This document shows positions 35,478 to 45,967 of a DNA stretch of 64,000 bases, piece by piece. This stretch comes from Dehalococcoidia bacterium (lineage in GTDB: Bacteria > Chloroflexota > Dehalococcoidia > Lucifugimonadales > QGNO01). Positions within the stretch are counted from its first letter, which is position 1. Each line of letters opens with the position of its first letter. The translations under genes were made by a program, and so were the position numbers. The notes beneath the pieces were generated by a model. That model ran no database searches, had not been told where the DNA came from, and saw only the letters and a program-made list of their open reading frames with translations. The stretch spans positions 1,945,859 through 2,009,858 of the forward strand of contig CBDFLI010000002.1 in assembly GCA_965249115.1 (NCBI GenBank), read 5' to 3'.

Positions 35478-35506
35478 TTGACAAGGCTAGCGTGCCTTGG
35501 TAAGAT
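35478..35506 (+). promoter_or_regulatory. Candidate sigma70-type promoter of the str/ribosomal super-operon
   Basis: TTGACA (35478-35483), 17-nt spacer, TAAGAT (35501-35506), 64 nt upstream of the rpsL ATG. Confidence 0.5.
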
Positions 35507-35569
35507 TCCTGATTGCTGCCACCTGAAGATTGTGGTGTTTATTTAAGTTTGCCTTGAACCTGTAAAGCT

Positions 35570-35980
35570 ATGCCAACAGTTAATCAGCTAGTACGGAAAG
35601 GTAGAGTCAGTAGGCGAAAGCGTAACAAGGCGCCGGCCTTGCGCTTCGTTCAGAACTCGTTGCGCAACAGACTGGTGCGTGGTGCCGGCTGTCCGCAGCG
35701 CCGCGGTGTCTGCGTACAGGTCAAGACAATGACACCCAAGAAACCCAATTCGGCGTTGCGCAAGGTGGCGCGGGTAAGGCTGACCAACGGAATTGAGGTC
35801 ACAGCCTACATTCCGGGCGAGGGGCATACCCTTCAGGAGCACTCGGTAGTACTAGTACGGGGAGGTCGAGTAAAAGATCTCCCCGGTGTGCGTTACCACG
35901 TGGTCAGAGGCGCCCTGGACGCCACGGGCGTTGATGATCGGAAGCAAGGCCGGAGCAAGTACGGCTCCAAGCAGGGATAG
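35570..35980 (+). CDS. rpsL: 30S ribosomal protein S12
   Basis: '[12 protein letters not shown]', '[11 protein letters not shown]', '[13 protein letters not shown]'. It carries an internal insertion (see findings). Confidence 0.95.
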   Translation: MPTVNQLVRKGRVSRRKRNKAPALRFVQNSLRNRLVRGAGCPQRRGVCVQVKTMTPKKPNSALRKVARVRLTNGIEVTAYIPGEGHTLQEHSVVLVRGGRVKDLPGVRYHVVRGALDATGVDDRKQGRSKYGSKQG

Positions 35981-35998
35981 CCCTGCGCTAGGCTGACT

Positions 35999-36469
35999 AT
36001 GTCCAGAAGACGAAGAGCAGAACGTAGGGAAGTTGCGCCCGATCCCCGATACGGGAACGAGGAGATTTCCCGTTTCATAAACAGGATCATGATCGGGGGC
36101 AAGAAAAGCATTGCCCAGAAGATAATGTATCAGGCTCTGGGGCAGTTGGAGGAAGAGACTCGTCGGCCCGCGTTGGAAGTCTTTCAGCAAGCGATGCGGA
36201 ACGTGACACCCATGTTAGAAGTGAAGCCACGCCGGGTGGGCGGCGCTACCTACCAGGTCCCTGTGGAGGTACGCCCCGATCGCCGAGTGGCCCTTGCCAG
36301 GCGCTGGATCATCGGCTCCGCACGGAGCCAGACCGGCGCTCCCATGTCTCAACGACTCTACCGCGAACTCTTGGAAGCCTCCAGAGGTCAGGGTGTGGCG
36401 GTGAAGCGGCGGGAGGACCTTCACAGAATGGCCGAGGCCAACAGGGCCTTTGTCCATTACAGATGGTAG
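35999..36469 (+). CDS. rpsG: 30S ribosomal protein S7
   Basis: 156 aa. 'PDPRYGNEEISRFINRIMIGGKKS' and 'EVKPRRVGGATYQVPVEV'. Confidence 0.95.
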   Translation: MSRRRRAERREVAPDPRYGNEEISRFINRIMIGGKKSIAQKIMYQALGQLEEETRRPALEVFQQAMRNVTPMLEVKPRRVGGATYQVPVEVRPDRRVALARRWIIGSARSQTGAPMSQRLYRELLEASRGQGVAVKRREDLHRMAEANRAFVHYRW

Positions 36470-36516
36470 GCTCACCTCCTTAATACACAGGTTCTTTCCG
36501 GTGGACCAAGAGGGTA

Positions 36517-38577
36517 GTGGTTGGTATTCCCATGGAAGAGATACGGAACATAGGATTTATTGCTCATATTGACGCTGGCAAGACCACCGTCACTGAGAGA
36601 GTGCTGTTCCTTTCGGGCATCACCCACAAGGTGGGCAACGTTGACGAAGGCACCACGGTGATGGACTGGATGGAGCAGGAGCGGGAGAGGGGTATTACCA
36701 TCGTCTCCGCGGCGGCAACCTGTGAATGGAATGGCTATCATATCAACGTCATTGACACGCCCGGCCATGTGGACTTCACCGCTGAGGTGGAGCGCAGCCT
36801 CCGGGTGCTGGACGGTGGTGTGGTGATCTTTGATGCCGTCGCAGGCGTGCAGCCCCAGTCTGAGACCGTATGGCGACAGGCGGACCGGTACAACGTCCCC
36901 CGTATCTGTTTTGTCAACAAGATGGACAGAGTTGGCGCCAACTTCGCCCGGACAGTGGACATGATCCGCCATAGACTGAAGGCCAACCCAGTGCCCATCC
37001 AGATGCCCATGGGCGCCAACTCCGACTTCCTGGGGACCATTGATCTAGTGGAAGAGAAGGCGCTTTTCTATGAGGACGGCAACCCTCAGGCCAAGGAAGG
37101 CCCCATTCCCGACGAGTACCAGGAAGACGCCAAGACCTACCGGGACGCAATGATAGAAAAGGTGGCGGAGACGGATGAGGACCTCCTCCTAAAATACCTT
37201 GACGGAAAACCGATCTCCACCGGCGAGCTTAGAGCCGCCTTGCGCCGTTCAACTGTCAGTAACTCACTGGTGCCTGTCCTCTGTGGCACCGCCCTCCGTA
37301 CCAAGGGCATCCCGCCCCTCCTGGATGCCATTACTTACTACCTGCCGTCTCCCCAGGACGTGCCTCCTGTGAAGGGAATAAACCCCAAGGACAACGCGGA
37401 AGTCGTCAGGAAGGCCAGCGTGGACGAACCCTTTGCGGCCTTGGCCTTCAAAGTCGTCACAGACCCGTTCACGGGACGGCTGGTGTATCTCCGGGTCTAC
37501 TCCGGCAAGGTTACCAGCGGCTCCTCCGTTTACAACGTGACCAAAGGTCAGAGAGAACGCATGGGCCGGATGTTGATTATGCTGGCTGACCACCGTGAAG
37601 AGGTGGAGGAGCTCCGCGCCGGAGACATCGCCGCCACCATCGGTCTCAAGAACACCTTCACGGGGGATACCCTGACCAGTGAAGGGAACCAGGTGCTCCT
37701 GGAATCCATCAATTTCCCTCAGCCGGTCCTCTCCGTTGCTATAGAGCCCAAGAGCAAGGCAGACCAGGACAAGCTTACCGATGCCCTGGTCAAGCTGGGG
37801 CAAGAAGACCCCACCTTTGTGATAAAGTACGACGATGAGACCGGACAGACCATCATCTCAGGTATGGGTGAACTGCATCTGGAGGTGGTGGTTGAGCGGA
37901 TGCGCAGGGAGTTTGGCGTCCAGGCCAACGTGGGACGGCCTCGGGTATCTTACCGTGAGGCCATCACCATTCCCGCAAGAGGAGAAGGACGTTTCGTCCG
38001 CCAAACGGGTGGCCGGGGTCAGTATGGCCACGTCTGGCTGGAAATCGAACCCCTGGAACGGGGCCAGGGCTTCGTATTTGAAAACGTGATCCGGGGAGGT
38101 GCCATCCCCAGGGAGTACATCAACCCGGTGGAGCGTGGCGTAAAGGACGCTTTGGAAAACGGTATCGTCGGCGGCTATCCCGTCATCGACGTCAAGGTGA
38201 TGCTGGTAGACGGCTCCTACCATGAGGTAGACTCCTCTGAGATGGCGTTCCGGACAGCGGGTTCCATGGGCATGAAGGACGCCCTCCGCAGGGCCAAGTC
38301 CGTACTCCTTGAGCCGATAATGTTCGTTGAAGTGATAACCCCGGGGGAGTTTATGGGAGATATCCTGGCAGATCTGAACAAGCGCCGTGCCCTCATACGC
38401 AGCATGGAGGGGCAGGGAGATACCCAGGTAATTACCGCGGGCGCGCCCCTGGCGGAAATGTTTGGCTATGCAACGGATATGAGGTCCGCGACCCAGGGCA
38501 GGGCCAACTACTCAATGGAGTTTAGTCACTACGAAGCGGCTCCCGCGTCCGTGACGCGGGAGGTTGTGCATCAGTAA
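36517..38577 (+). CDS. fusA: Elongation factor G
   Basis: '[16 protein letters not shown]', 'DTPGHVDF', 'NKMD'. The start is either the GTG at 36517 or the ATG at 36532. Confidence 0.95.
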   Translation: MVGIPMEEIRNIGFIAHIDAGKTTVTERVLFLSGITHKVGNVDEGTTVMDWMEQERERGITIVSAAATCEWNGYHINVIDTPGHVDFTAEVERSLRVLDGGVVIFDAVAGVQPQSETVWRQADRYNVPRICFVNKMDRVGANFARTVDMIRHRLKANPVPIQMPMGANSDFLGTIDLVEEKALFYEDGNPQAKEGPIPDEYQEDAKTYRDAMIEKVAETDEDLLLKYLDGKPISTGELRAALRRSTVSNSLVPVLCGTALRTKGIPPLLDAITYYLPSPQDVPPVKGINPKDNAEVVRKASVDEPFAALAFKVVTDPFTGRLVYLRVYSGKVTSGSSVYNVTKGQRERMGRMLIMLADHREEVEELRAGDIAATIGLKNTFTGDTLTSEGNQVLLESINFPQPVLSVAIEPKSKADQDKLTDALVKLGQEDPTFVIKYDDETGQTIISGMGELHLEVVVERMRREFGVQANVGRPRVSYREAITIPARGEGRFVRQTGGRGQYGHVWLEIEPLERGQGFVFENVIRGGAIPREYINPVERGVKDALENGIVGGYPVIDVKVMLVDGSYHEVDSSEMAFRTAGSMGMKDALRRAKSVLLEPIMFVEVITPGEFMGDILADLNKRRALIRSMEGQGDTQVITAGAPLAEMFGYATDMRSATQGRANYSMEFSHYEAAPASVTREVVHQ

Positions 38578-38604
38578 TGCATACACAGAGAGGGTGAACT
38601 GGTC

Positions 38605-38934
38605 ATGGTGACAACACAACAAGCTCAGCACCGGCAACGCATTCGGATCATTTTAAAGGCGTTTGATCACAGGGTGCTGGATCAGTCGGCGGAACAGTTG
38701 GTGGAAACCGCCGAAAGAGCGGGGGCCCAGGTAGGAGGCCCCATACCTTTGCCCACGACCATCAAGCGGTTCTGCGTCATACGTTCACCACACGTGGACA
38801 AGGACTCTCGCGAGCATTTCGAACTTCGCACTCATAAACGACTCATTGATATCCTGGACCCCAATTCCAAGACCATAGACGCCCTGACACGGCTGACCAT
38901 GCCCGCGGGCGTGGATATATCCATAAAATTGTAG
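38605..38934 (+). CDS. rpsJ: 30S ribosomal protein S10
   Basis: '[17 protein letters not shown]' and '[12 protein letters not shown]'. Confidence 0.95.
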   Translation: MVTTQQAQHRQRIRIILKAFDHRVLDQSAEQLVETAERAGAQVGGPIPLPTTIKRFCVIRSPHVDKDSREHFELRTHKRLIDILDPNSKTIDALTRLTMPAGVDISIKL

Positions 38935-38958
38935 GCAAATTGTAGAATTTCTGGCGAA

Positions 38959-39597
38959 ATGACAATAGGACTGTTGGGAAGGAAAATAGGGATGACCCAG
39001 GTCTTCCGAGATGACGGCCTGGTTGATGCGGTTACGGTGGTTGAAGCCGGACCGTGCGTCGTGACGCAGGTCAAGACGACGGCCAACGACGGCTATGAGG
39101 CCGTGCAGCTGGGGTTTCGTGAAGTCCCCGGCTTGTCCCGACCCTTGGAAGGACACTTGCGCAGGACGGGTAAGTTCAAGTACCTGCGAGAGATGCCGGC
39201 CAAAGACATGGGAGAGGTGCAGGTGGGGCAGAAGATAGACACCAGCATGTTCCAGCCGGGGGATCGGGTGGACGTAACCGGTACAACCAAGGGACGGGGG
39301 TTTGCGGGCGGCGTCAAACGCCACGGGTTCCATGGCGGGCCCAAGACCCACGGCCAGTCGGACAGGCACAGAGCCGTGGGGTCCATCGGCGCGGGCACAA
39401 GCCCTGGCCGTGTATTCAAGGGCAAACGGATGCCCGGCCACATGGGCCACGTCCGGGTGACCACCCAAAACCTTGAGGTGGTCCAGGTCAACACCGAAAG
39501 GGACCTCCTTCTGATAAAGGGAAGTGTCCCGGGAGCTGGCAACGGGCTGCTCTACATTCGCCAGTCGAAGAAGACTCTTCGGAAGCAACAAGGTTAG
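38959..39597 (+). CDS. rplC: 50S ribosomal protein L3
   Basis: '[13 protein letters not shown]' and '[17 protein letters not shown]'. Confidence 0.95.
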   Translation: MTIGLLGRKIGMTQVFRDDGLVDAVTVVEAGPCVVTQVKTTANDGYEAVQLGFREVPGLSRPLEGHLRRTGKFKYLREMPAKDMGEVQVGQKIDTSMFQPGDRVDVTGTTKGRGFAGGVKRHGFHGGPKTHGQSDRHRAVGSIGAGTSPGRVFKGKRMPGHMGHVRVTTQNLEVVQVNTERDLLLIKGSVPGAGNGLLYIRQSKKTLRKQQG

Positions 39598-39603
39598 ACG
39601 AAC

Positions 39604-40419
39604 GTGCAACTGCCGGTTCTGGACATACAAGGAGCACAGGTGGGGACGCTGGAGGTCAGCGACCTCCTATTTGGCGTTTCTATGAACCGCTCCGTGGTGC
39701 ACCAGGCCATGGTGCGACAGCGCGCCAATGGTCGTCAGGGCACATCAAGCACCAAGACCAGGGCGGCGGTGTCAGGCGGTGGTGCAAAGCCCCGACCTCA
39801 GAAGCACAGTGGTCGCTCGCGTCAGGGTACCATCAGGGCCCCCCAGTGGCGTGGAGGCGGTATCGTGTTCGGGCCGACTCCCAGGAATCTCCGCCTACGA
39901 ATGCCCAAGAAAATGCGAAGACTGGCCATCCGGTGCCTCCTTTCAGACAAGGCCCGCGGAGACAGGCTGACGTTGCTGCAAGCCCTGGCATTGTCTGAGG
40001 TCAAGACCAGGGAAATGAAAGAGGTCCTCTCATCCTTGCACGCCACATCCAGTGTCCTTCTTGTAACCCCTGAGACAGACCAGAATGTAGTCCTATCGGC
40101 CAGGAACCTGGAGCGGGTCAAGACACTTCCAGCCAATAACCTGAACGTTTTGGACATCCTTGAACACGACAGATTGATCATGACGGTGGATGCGGTGCGC
40201 AGGGCCGAGGAGCTGTGGGCTGGTGGGGCGACTCCTGGGGAAGTGGTCGCCATCGAGAAGCCGGCAGCCGCTAAGCCGCCAACGAAGCGCCGTGCAGCCT
40301 CGCGTACAACTGTTAAAAGGACAACCCGGAAGCCAAAGACGCGTAATACCGTGGCCACTGAAGCGGATAGTGGCCCGGCTCAACCGGCGCCGGAGACGCC
40401 CAGCGGGGAGGAGGCATAA
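39604..40419 (+). CDS. rplD: 50S ribosomal protein L4 (with basic/Pro-Ala C-terminal extension)
   Basis: 'SGGGAKPRPQKHSGRSRQGTIRAPQWRGGGIVFGP' L4 core. GTG start. The stop overlaps the rplW ATG (TAATG). Confidence 0.95.
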   Translation: MQLPVLDIQGAQVGTLEVSDLLFGVSMNRSVVHQAMVRQRANGRQGTSSTKTRAAVSGGGAKPRPQKHSGRSRQGTIRAPQWRGGGIVFGPTPRNLRLRMPKKMRRLAIRCLLSDKARGDRLTLLQALALSEVKTREMKEVLSSLHATSSVLLVTPETDQNVVLSARNLERVKTLPANNLNVLDILEHDRLIMTVDAVRRAEELWAGGATPGEVVAIEKPAAAKPPTKRRAASRTTVKRTTRKPKTRNTVATEADSGPAQPAPETPSGEEA

Positions 40420-40706
40420 TGGTCCAGCAGCTACATGTACTCCTGCGTCCGGTGGTGACGGAGAAGAGCACGCTCCTGCAAGAGCAGAACAAGTATGTGT
40501 TTGCGGTATCCCTTAATGCAAACAAGGTTATGATACGCAAAGCTGTAGAGAGCGCCTTTGACGTCACAGTGACGGCGGTCAATACGGTAAAAAGCCACGG
40601 GAAGATGAAGCGGTACGGCCCCAAATTCAAGAAGAGGCCGGACCAAAAGAAGGCAATAGTCACCCTGAAACAGGGCGATCGGATCCAGATTTTTGAGGGA
40701 GCTTAG
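40419..40706 (+). CDS. rplW: 50S ribosomal protein L23
   Basis: 95 aa. 'LLRPVVTEKS' and 'KKAIVTLKQGDRI'. Confidence 0.95.
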   Translation: MVQQLHVLLRPVVTEKSTLLQEQNKYVFAVSLNANKVMIRKAVESAFDVTVTAVNTVKSHGKMKRYGPKFKKRPDQKKAIVTLKQGDRIQIFEGA

Positions 40707-40709
40707 GCA

Positions 40710-41540
40710 ATGCCTCTGAAGACATACAAACCTACAACTCCGTCGCTGCGTGGGACCGTATCCCCTACCTTTGAAGAGATCACCACGTCCCGTCCCAAAA
40801 AGTCCCTGGTGGCGCCCTTGAAGCGCAAGGCAGGGAGGAACTCCCGTGGCGTAATCACAGCACGGCACCGGGGTGGTGGAGCCAAACGGGCCTACAGGAT
40901 CATAGATTTCAAGCGGGACAAGCCGGGTGTGCCCGGGAAGCTGATGTCTGTTGAGTATGACCCCAACCGGTCCGCTCGTATCTCTCTGGTCCAATACGCT
41001 GATGGCGACAAAAGATACATCCTGTACCCTCACGGCCTACAGGTAGGCGACAAGATTGAAGCAGGCCCTGATGCCGAGATCAGGCCTGGGAACGCACTGC
41101 CTCTCAGCCACATTCCCACCGGTACCCAGGTGCACAATATCGAAATGAGTCCGGGCCGGGGGGGACAGATAGTGCGGGGCGCGGGCGGCGGTGCACAGGT
41201 GCTCGCCAGGGAAACAGACTACACGCTTATCCGGTTGCCCTCAGGCGAAGTACGGCGGTTCTTGAGCCGGTGCATGGCAACGGTAGGCGTTGTGGGCAAC
41301 CTGGACCACAAAAACAGAAAGTACGGTAAGGCCGGCAAGACCCGTCACATGGGACGTCGGCCTAAAGTGCGCGGCTCCGCCATGACACCCAGGGACCATC
41401 CACATGGCGGTGGAGAGGGTAGGTCACCGGTGGGCATGCCTGGACCCAAGACTCCCTGGGGGAAACCGGCGTTGGGTTACAGGACACGCCGCAACAAACG
41501 TACCGAGAATATGATCATACGCAGAGGGAAAAAGAGGTAG
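40710..41540 (+). CDS. rplB: 50S ribosomal protein L2
   Basis: '[16 protein letters not shown]' and '[14 protein letters not shown]'. Confidence 0.95.
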   Translation: MPLKTYKPTTPSLRGTVSPTFEEITTSRPKKSLVAPLKRKAGRNSRGVITARHRGGGAKRAYRIIDFKRDKPGVPGKLMSVEYDPNRSARISLVQYADGDKRYILYPHGLQVGDKIEAGPDAEIRPGNALPLSHIPTGTQVHNIEMSPGRGGQIVRGAGGGAQVLARETDYTLIRLPSGEVRRFLSRCMATVGVVGNLDHKNRKYGKAGKTRHMGRRPKVRGSAMTPRDHPHGGGEGRSPVGMPGPKTPWGKPALGYRTRRNKRTENMIIRRGKKR

Positions 41541-41549
41541 CGGACCCTA

Positions 41550-41837
41550 ATGTCACGTTCCATCAAAAAAGGACCCTACGTCCACCCCAAGCTTGAGAAG
41601 AAGGTCACTGCCGCGCAGCGGAGCAGTTCAAGGACCGTCATCCGTACATGGTCCAGGGCGTCTATGATCATGCCCAACATGCTGGGACTTACCATCGCAG
41701 TGCACGATGGTAGGCGTCACGTGCCCATCTTCATAACTGAGAACATGGTGGGCCACAGGCTGGGTGAGTTTGCCCCCACCCGGACCTTTAGAGGCCACTC
41801 CTCCAGATCGGAGAGGACCTCCACGGTGAGGCGATAA
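41550..41837 (+). CDS. rpsS: 30S ribosomal protein S19
   Basis: '[11 protein letters not shown]' and '[16 protein letters not shown]'. Confidence 0.95.
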   Translation: MSRSIKKGPYVHPKLEKKVTAAQRSSSRTVIRTWSRASMIMPNMLGLTIAVHDGRRHVPIFITENMVGHRLGEFAPTRTFRGHSSRSERTSTVRR

Positions 41838-41840
41838 GAT

Positions 41841-42176
41841 ATGGCTGCACAGGCAACGGCAAAAGGCATAACCATATCCCCCAAGAAACTCAAATGGGTC
41901 GTAAACATGGTGCGTGGCAAGAACGTGGAGGAGGCGTTGACCATACTGAAATACGCCCCTACTCCAGCGGCCCAGGATGTTGCCAAGGTCGTCAAATCCG
42001 CCGCCGCCAACGCTGAAAACAACCTATTTATGGAGCCTGACGCACTGCGAGTGATGGCCATATACGCCAACAAAGGACCGTCACTCAAGCGGGTCAGGCC
42101 CGCCGCCCGTGGACGCGCTGGTCGAATCAACAAACGGTCCAGCCACATAACAGTGGTTGTGGACGAGGAGGTATAA
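41841..42176 (+). CDS. rplV: 50S ribosomal protein L22
   Basis: 111 aa. 'ISPKKLKWVVNMVRGKNVEEAL' and 'RPAARGRAGRINKRSSHITVVV'. Confidence 0.95.
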   Translation: MAAQATAKGITISPKKLKWVVNMVRGKNVEEALTILKYAPTPAAQDVAKVVKSAAANAENNLFMEPDALRVMAIYANKGPSLKRVRPAARGRAGRINKRSSHITVVVDEEV

Positions 42177-42935
42177 GTGGGCCAGAAGACCCATCCCGTA
42201 GGTTTTCGCCTGGGCATCATCCGGGACTGGGATGCCACGTGGTTCGCCTCTCGGGCAGACGATTACAAGGACCTCTTGCTTGAAGACCTGCGTATCCGGA
42301 AACACATAGACAACCTCTATTCCGACGCAGGGATTGCCAAGATCAACATAGAACGTGGGAGCAGTGACCTGATCATCACGCTCCATACCGCCCGTCCCGG
42401 CATTGTAATAGGGCGGGGTGGTCAGCGCATTGAGGAGCTACGACGACACCTGGAGGGCATGACCAGCAAACGGGTCAGGGTCAACGTCCAGGAGATCCGC
42501 CAACCGGAGTTGGACGCCTTCCTGGTGGCACGCAGCATTGCTGACCAGTTGGAGCGGCGTATCGCCTTCCGACGGGCCATACGCCAGGCCGTGTCTAGGG
42601 CCATGCAAGCGGGCGCCCTGGGCATTAAGGTCGTGTGTAAAGGCCGCTTGGGCGGTGCGGAGATCGCCCGCCGAGAGAAGGTCATGGAGGGTCGGGTACC
42701 CTTGCACACCCTTAGGGCTGATATTGATTACGGTGTCACCGAAGCGGCCACGGCCATGGGTAGAATTGGCGTGAAGGTATGGTTGTTCAAAGGTGAGATT
42801 CTGCCTCAGGAACGGGAAGAAGTTGAAGAGATCGGGACCATTGAAGTGACCTTGCCAGCCAATGAGCCGGAGAGCGAATTAGACACTGAGGCCGAAACTG
42901 TGGAGATGGTGGATGCTACAGCCGAAGAGAGTTAA
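42177..42935 (+). CDS. rpsC: 30S ribosomal protein S3 (acidic C-terminal tail)
   Basis: '[14 protein letters not shown]' and '[12 protein letters not shown]'. The tail overlaps the rplP start by 23 nt. Confidence 0.95.
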   Translation: MGQKTHPVGFRLGIIRDWDATWFASRADDYKDLLLEDLRIRKHIDNLYSDAGIAKINIERGSSDLIITLHTARPGIVIGRGGQRIEELRRHLEGMTSKRVRVNVQEIRQPELDAFLVARSIADQLERRIAFRRAIRQAVSRAMQAGALGIKVVCKGRLGGAEIARREKVMEGRVPLHTLRADIDYGVTEAATAMGRIGVKVWLFKGEILPQEREEVEEIGTIEVTLPANEPESELDTEAETVEMVDATAEES

Positions 42936-43332
42936 ATACCGCAAGATGCACAGGGGCCGGAGAAAAGGCATGGCCCTGACAGGCAACCAGGTGTTGTTTG
43001 GCGAAGTCGGTATCAAGGCCATGGGGGCTGGCTGGATAACCTCGCGACAGATCGAGGCTGCCAGGAGAGCTATTACACGGCATCTCCGGCGTGGAGGCCA
43101 GGTGTGGATACGCGTCTTTCCCGACAAGCCCGTTACCAAGAAGCCGGCGGAGACCCGGCAGGGTGGAGGCAAGGGACCGGTGGAGCACTGGGTGGCCGTA
43201 GTAAGGCCGGGACGAATGATGTTTGAAGTAGGGGGAGTGCCCCATGACACGGCCAAAGAGGCGTTGCGACTGGCATCACGGAAGCTTCCCATTGAAGTGC
43301 GCCTCGTAAGCAGACAGGATACACACGCATAA
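42913..43332 (+). CDS. rplP: 50S ribosomal protein L16
   Basis: '[16 protein letters not shown]' and '[16 protein letters not shown]'. Confidence 0.95.
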   Translation: MLQPKRVKYRKMHRGRRKGMALTGNQVLFGEVGIKAMGAGWITSRQIEAARRAITRHLRRGGQVWIRVFPDKPVTKKPAETRQGGGKGPVEHWVAVVRPGRMMFEVGGVPHDTAKEALRLASRKLPIEVRLVSRQDTHA

Positions 43333-43354
43333 GCAGCGGCGGAGAAGATATAAA

Positions 43355-43558
43355 GTGCGTATACATGAAGTCAGAGCCCTCTCTCAGGAGGACATCACCA
43401 AAGAGTTGGAGGAGTCGTTGCGCGAGTCTTTGAGCGTTCGATTCAGACTCGCCACGCGCCAGCTCAACGATACGTCCCAACTCGGGAAAGTCCACAAAAA
43501 GATCGCACGTATCAAAACGGTCCTGCGGGAGCGAGAGCTATTGGAGCAGGCCAAATGA
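43355..43558 (+). CDS. rpmC: 50S ribosomal protein L29
   Basis: 67 aa, GTG start, with the conserved position between rplP and rpsQ. 'LRFRLATRQLNDTSQLGKVHKKIARIKTVL'. Confidence 0.9.
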   Translation: MRIHEVRALSQEDITKELEESLRESLSVRFRLATRQLNDTSQLGKVHKKIARIKTVLRERELLEQAK

Positions 43559-44403
43559 ACGGGTCGCGCCGTAAACTGCGTGTGGGGGAAGTCGTCAACG
43601 ACAAGGCGGAAAAGACCGTTATCGTCGCCGTAGAGTGGCGGCTGCGTCACCCACTGTACAAGAAGAGCATGCGGCGAATCTCCAGGTTCCACGTCCATGA
43701 TGAGAAGAACGAATGTCAACTAGGGGACCAGGTCCGGATCATAGAGACCCGGCCTATCTCTAAGAACAAGCGTTGGAGGGTGGTAGAGATTCTGAAACGC
43801 CGCGAAATGCCGGAGGCCAAGCCCTGGGAGATCGGCGTCCCGGTGGAGGAAGAGGAGGAACCAGTTGTTCCAACCGCCGTTACGGCTGTGGAGCCAGAGG
43901 TGGAAGTGGAAACGGAGGCTGTGGTCCCTGTAGCTGAATCACCTGCAGAGGAGGCCGTTGAGGCGGCCGTGGTAGATGAAGTTGCCGAGACGGCTGAAGT
44001 TACGGATGCACCGGAGTCGGAGAGCGAAGAGCTCCAGGCGGTAGCTGAGGAAACAGAAGTCGCCGAAGAAGTAGCCGCTGCTGAGCCGGCGGAGGACAAG
44101 CTGGCAGAGGAAGCCCCTGAGGAACAGGAAACACCGGTGGCCGAGGCCGCTGAAGAAACGCCTGAGGCCGAAAAGGTGGCTGAAGAAGCGGCGGCTCCTC
44201 AGGAAGAAGGCGAGGCTGCTGGAGAAGAAGCCACCGCCGGGCTAGAAGAAGCGCCAACAGCTGAGACAGAGCCTGAAGCGGAGGCCGTTGAAGAGCAGGA
44301 AGAACCGGTAGGGGAGACCGCCCCGGAAGAAAAAGAATCGACTGCTAAAGCCGACAAGCCAAAAGCCACAAAACCAAGGCGAAAAAAGAGAACAAAAGAG
44401 TGA
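43555..44403 (+). CDS. rpsQ: 30S ribosomal protein S17 fused to a roughly 198-aa acidic low-complexity C-terminal extension
   Basis: S17 core '[21 protein letters not shown]...[24 protein letters not shown]'. One uninterrupted 282-codon ORF whose stop overlaps the rplN GTG (GTGA). Confidence 0.9.
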   Translation: MNGSRRKLRVGEVVNDKAEKTVIVAVEWRLRHPLYKKSMRRISRFHVHDEKNECQLGDQVRIIETRPISKNKRWRVVEILKRREMPEAKPWEIGVPVEEEEEPVVPTAVTAVEPEVEVETEAVVPVAESPAEEAVEAAVVDEVAETAEVTDAPESESEELQAVAEETEVAEEVAAAEPAEDKLAEEAPEEQETPVAEAAEETPEAEKVAEEAAAPQEEGEAAGEEATAGLEEAPTAETEPEAEAVEEQEEPVGETAPEEKESTAKADKPKATKPRRKKRTKE

Positions 44404-44768
44404 TTCAGACTTATACCAGACTAATAGTGGCTGACAATTCCGGTGCCCGCACAATCATGTGCATCAACGTACCGGGCGGCACCGGCAAGAGATATGCTCG
44501 CGTGGGAGACATTATCGTGGGAACGGTGAAGACCGCTGCCCCTAACGCAGCGGTAAGGTCCGGAGAAGTAGTCCGGGCGGTTGTGGTGAGAACATCACAG
44601 CCCTACCGCCGTCCCGATGGGTCCTACATCCGGTTTGACGATAACGCGGCCGTAGTCTTGACTGATCAGCAGGCCCCAAGAGGTACGCGTATCTTCGGCC
44701 CGGTCGCGCGTGAATTACGGGATAAGAATTTCATGCGGATTGTATCGCTCGCTCCAGAGGTACTCTGA
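44400..44768 (+). CDS. rplN: 50S ribosomal protein L14
   Basis: '[16 protein letters not shown]'. 122 aa. Confidence 0.95.
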   Translation: MIQTYTRLIVADNSGARTIMCINVPGGTGKRYARVGDIIVGTVKTAAPNAAVRSGEVVRAVVVRTSQPYRRPDGSYIRFDDNAAVVLTDQQAPRGTRIFGPVARELRDKNFMRIVSLAPEVL

Positions 44769-45082
44769 TGCGTATCCGGCAAAACGATGAAGTAGAGATA
44801 CTGTCCGGCAGAGACGCCGGAAAACGGGGCAAGGTGCAGCAAGTGCTGCCGCGCAAGGGCATTATTACGGTGGAGGGTCTCAATATGGTCACGAGACACC
44901 AGCGCCCTACGGGCACCGTGCGACAGGCTGGCATTATTCAGCAAGAGGCGCCGTTGCCTTTGTCTAGAGTCAAGCTGGTGTGCCAGCGATGCACCAAGGC
45001 CGTACGGGTGGGGTTTACCTTTCTTGAAGACGGGCGAAAAGTCAGAGTATGTAAATCATGCAGAGAAATGATAGACCTGTAA
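44768..45082 (+). CDS. rplX: 50S ribosomal protein L24
   Basis: '[21 protein letters not shown]' KOW motif. Confidence 0.95.
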   Translation: MRIRQNDEVEILSGRDAGKRGKVQQVLPRKGIITVEGLNMVTRHQRPTGTVRQAGIIQQEAPLPLSRVKLVCQRCTKAVRVGFTFLEDGRKVRVCKSCREMIDL

Positions 45083-45765
45083 AAGACAAAAAAACGGGCG
45101 TTTCCAAAGGCCGCTCCGAAAATAGAAACGAGTCAACAAATCAGTCCGGTGGCGGTGACGCCCCCGGGAATGGTCAAGTTGCTGTGTCCCATAGAGGCAC
45201 CGTACCTACTCCTCGCACTCCGCGGCTACTAACACAGTACCGTGAGGACGTTCTGCCGGTCATGATGAAAGAGTTTGGATACAGGGTGCCGTTGCAGGTG
45301 CCGCGCTTGGAAAAGGTAGTGATTAACGTAGGCTTGGGAGAGGCGTTGACGAATGCCAACGCCATTGAGTCAGTTACCCAGATGATGGCTACAATAAGCG
45401 GCCAGCGACCCATTGTTACCAAGGCCAGAAAGTCCATTGCCGGATTCAATATCCGGGAGGGGATGCGCATTGGGACAATGGTAACGTTGCGGTCCAAAAG
45501 AATGTATGAATTTGTTGAACGGCTGATAAACGCTGCGCTGCCCAGGATACGAGACTTTCGCGGCGTCTCAAGGAGCAGCTTTGATGGCCGGGGCAACTAC
45601 TCTTTGGGCCTTCGGGAGCAGGTTATGTTCCCAGAGATAGACTACAATCGCATAGACCGTATCCGCGGACTCCAGGTGACATTTGTGACAACCGCCAAGT
45701 CTGATGCAGAGGGACGCCGGTTGTTGGAGCTCTTCGGCATGCCATTTGAGCGTGAAGGAGACTGA
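45058..45765 (+). CDS. rplE: 50S ribosomal protein L5 (start uncertain; possible N-terminal extension)
   Basis: The L5 core begins near '[21 protein letters not shown]...[15 protein letters not shown]'. An in-frame GTG at 45184 is an alternative start. Confidence 0.9.
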   Translation: MQRNDRPVKDKKTGVSKGRSENRNESTNQSGGGDAPGNGQVAVSHRGTVPTPRTPRLLTQYREDVLPVMMKEFGYRVPLQVPRLEKVVINVGLGEALTNANAIESVTQMMATISGQRPIVTKARKSIAGFNIREGMRIGTMVTLRSKRMYEFVERLINAALPRIRDFRGVSRSSFDGRGNYSLGLREQVMFPEIDYNRIDRIRGLQVTFVTTAKSDAEGRRLLELFGMPFEREGD

Positions 45766-45773
45766 GGATAGAG

Positions 45774-45959
45774 ATGGCGAAGAAAGCAAAAATTGCCAAG
45801 TGGCTGAAACCACCCAAATACCAGGTGCAGTTTCATAACCGTTGCCACCTTTGTGGTAGGCCAAGGGCCTACATCCGCCACTTCGGATTGTGCCGAATCT
45901 GTTTCAGGTCGCTGTCTTTGCGTGGCCAGTTGCCCGGCATTCGGAAGGCCAGCTTGTAG
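45774..45959 (+). CDS. rpsZ: 30S ribosomal protein S14 type Z (zinc-binding)
   Basis: 61 aa with '[20 protein letters not shown]' (CxxC...CxxC). Confidence 0.95.
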   Translation: MAKKAKIAKWLKPPKYQVQFHNRCHLCGRPRAYIRHFGLCRICFRSLSLRGQLPGIRKASL

Positions 45960-45967
45960 GTGACAAA

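Noticed and set aside
38785-39630. 281-aa minus-strand ORF
   Set aside because: It lies antisense to rpsJ/rplC inside a tightly packed ribosomal operon.
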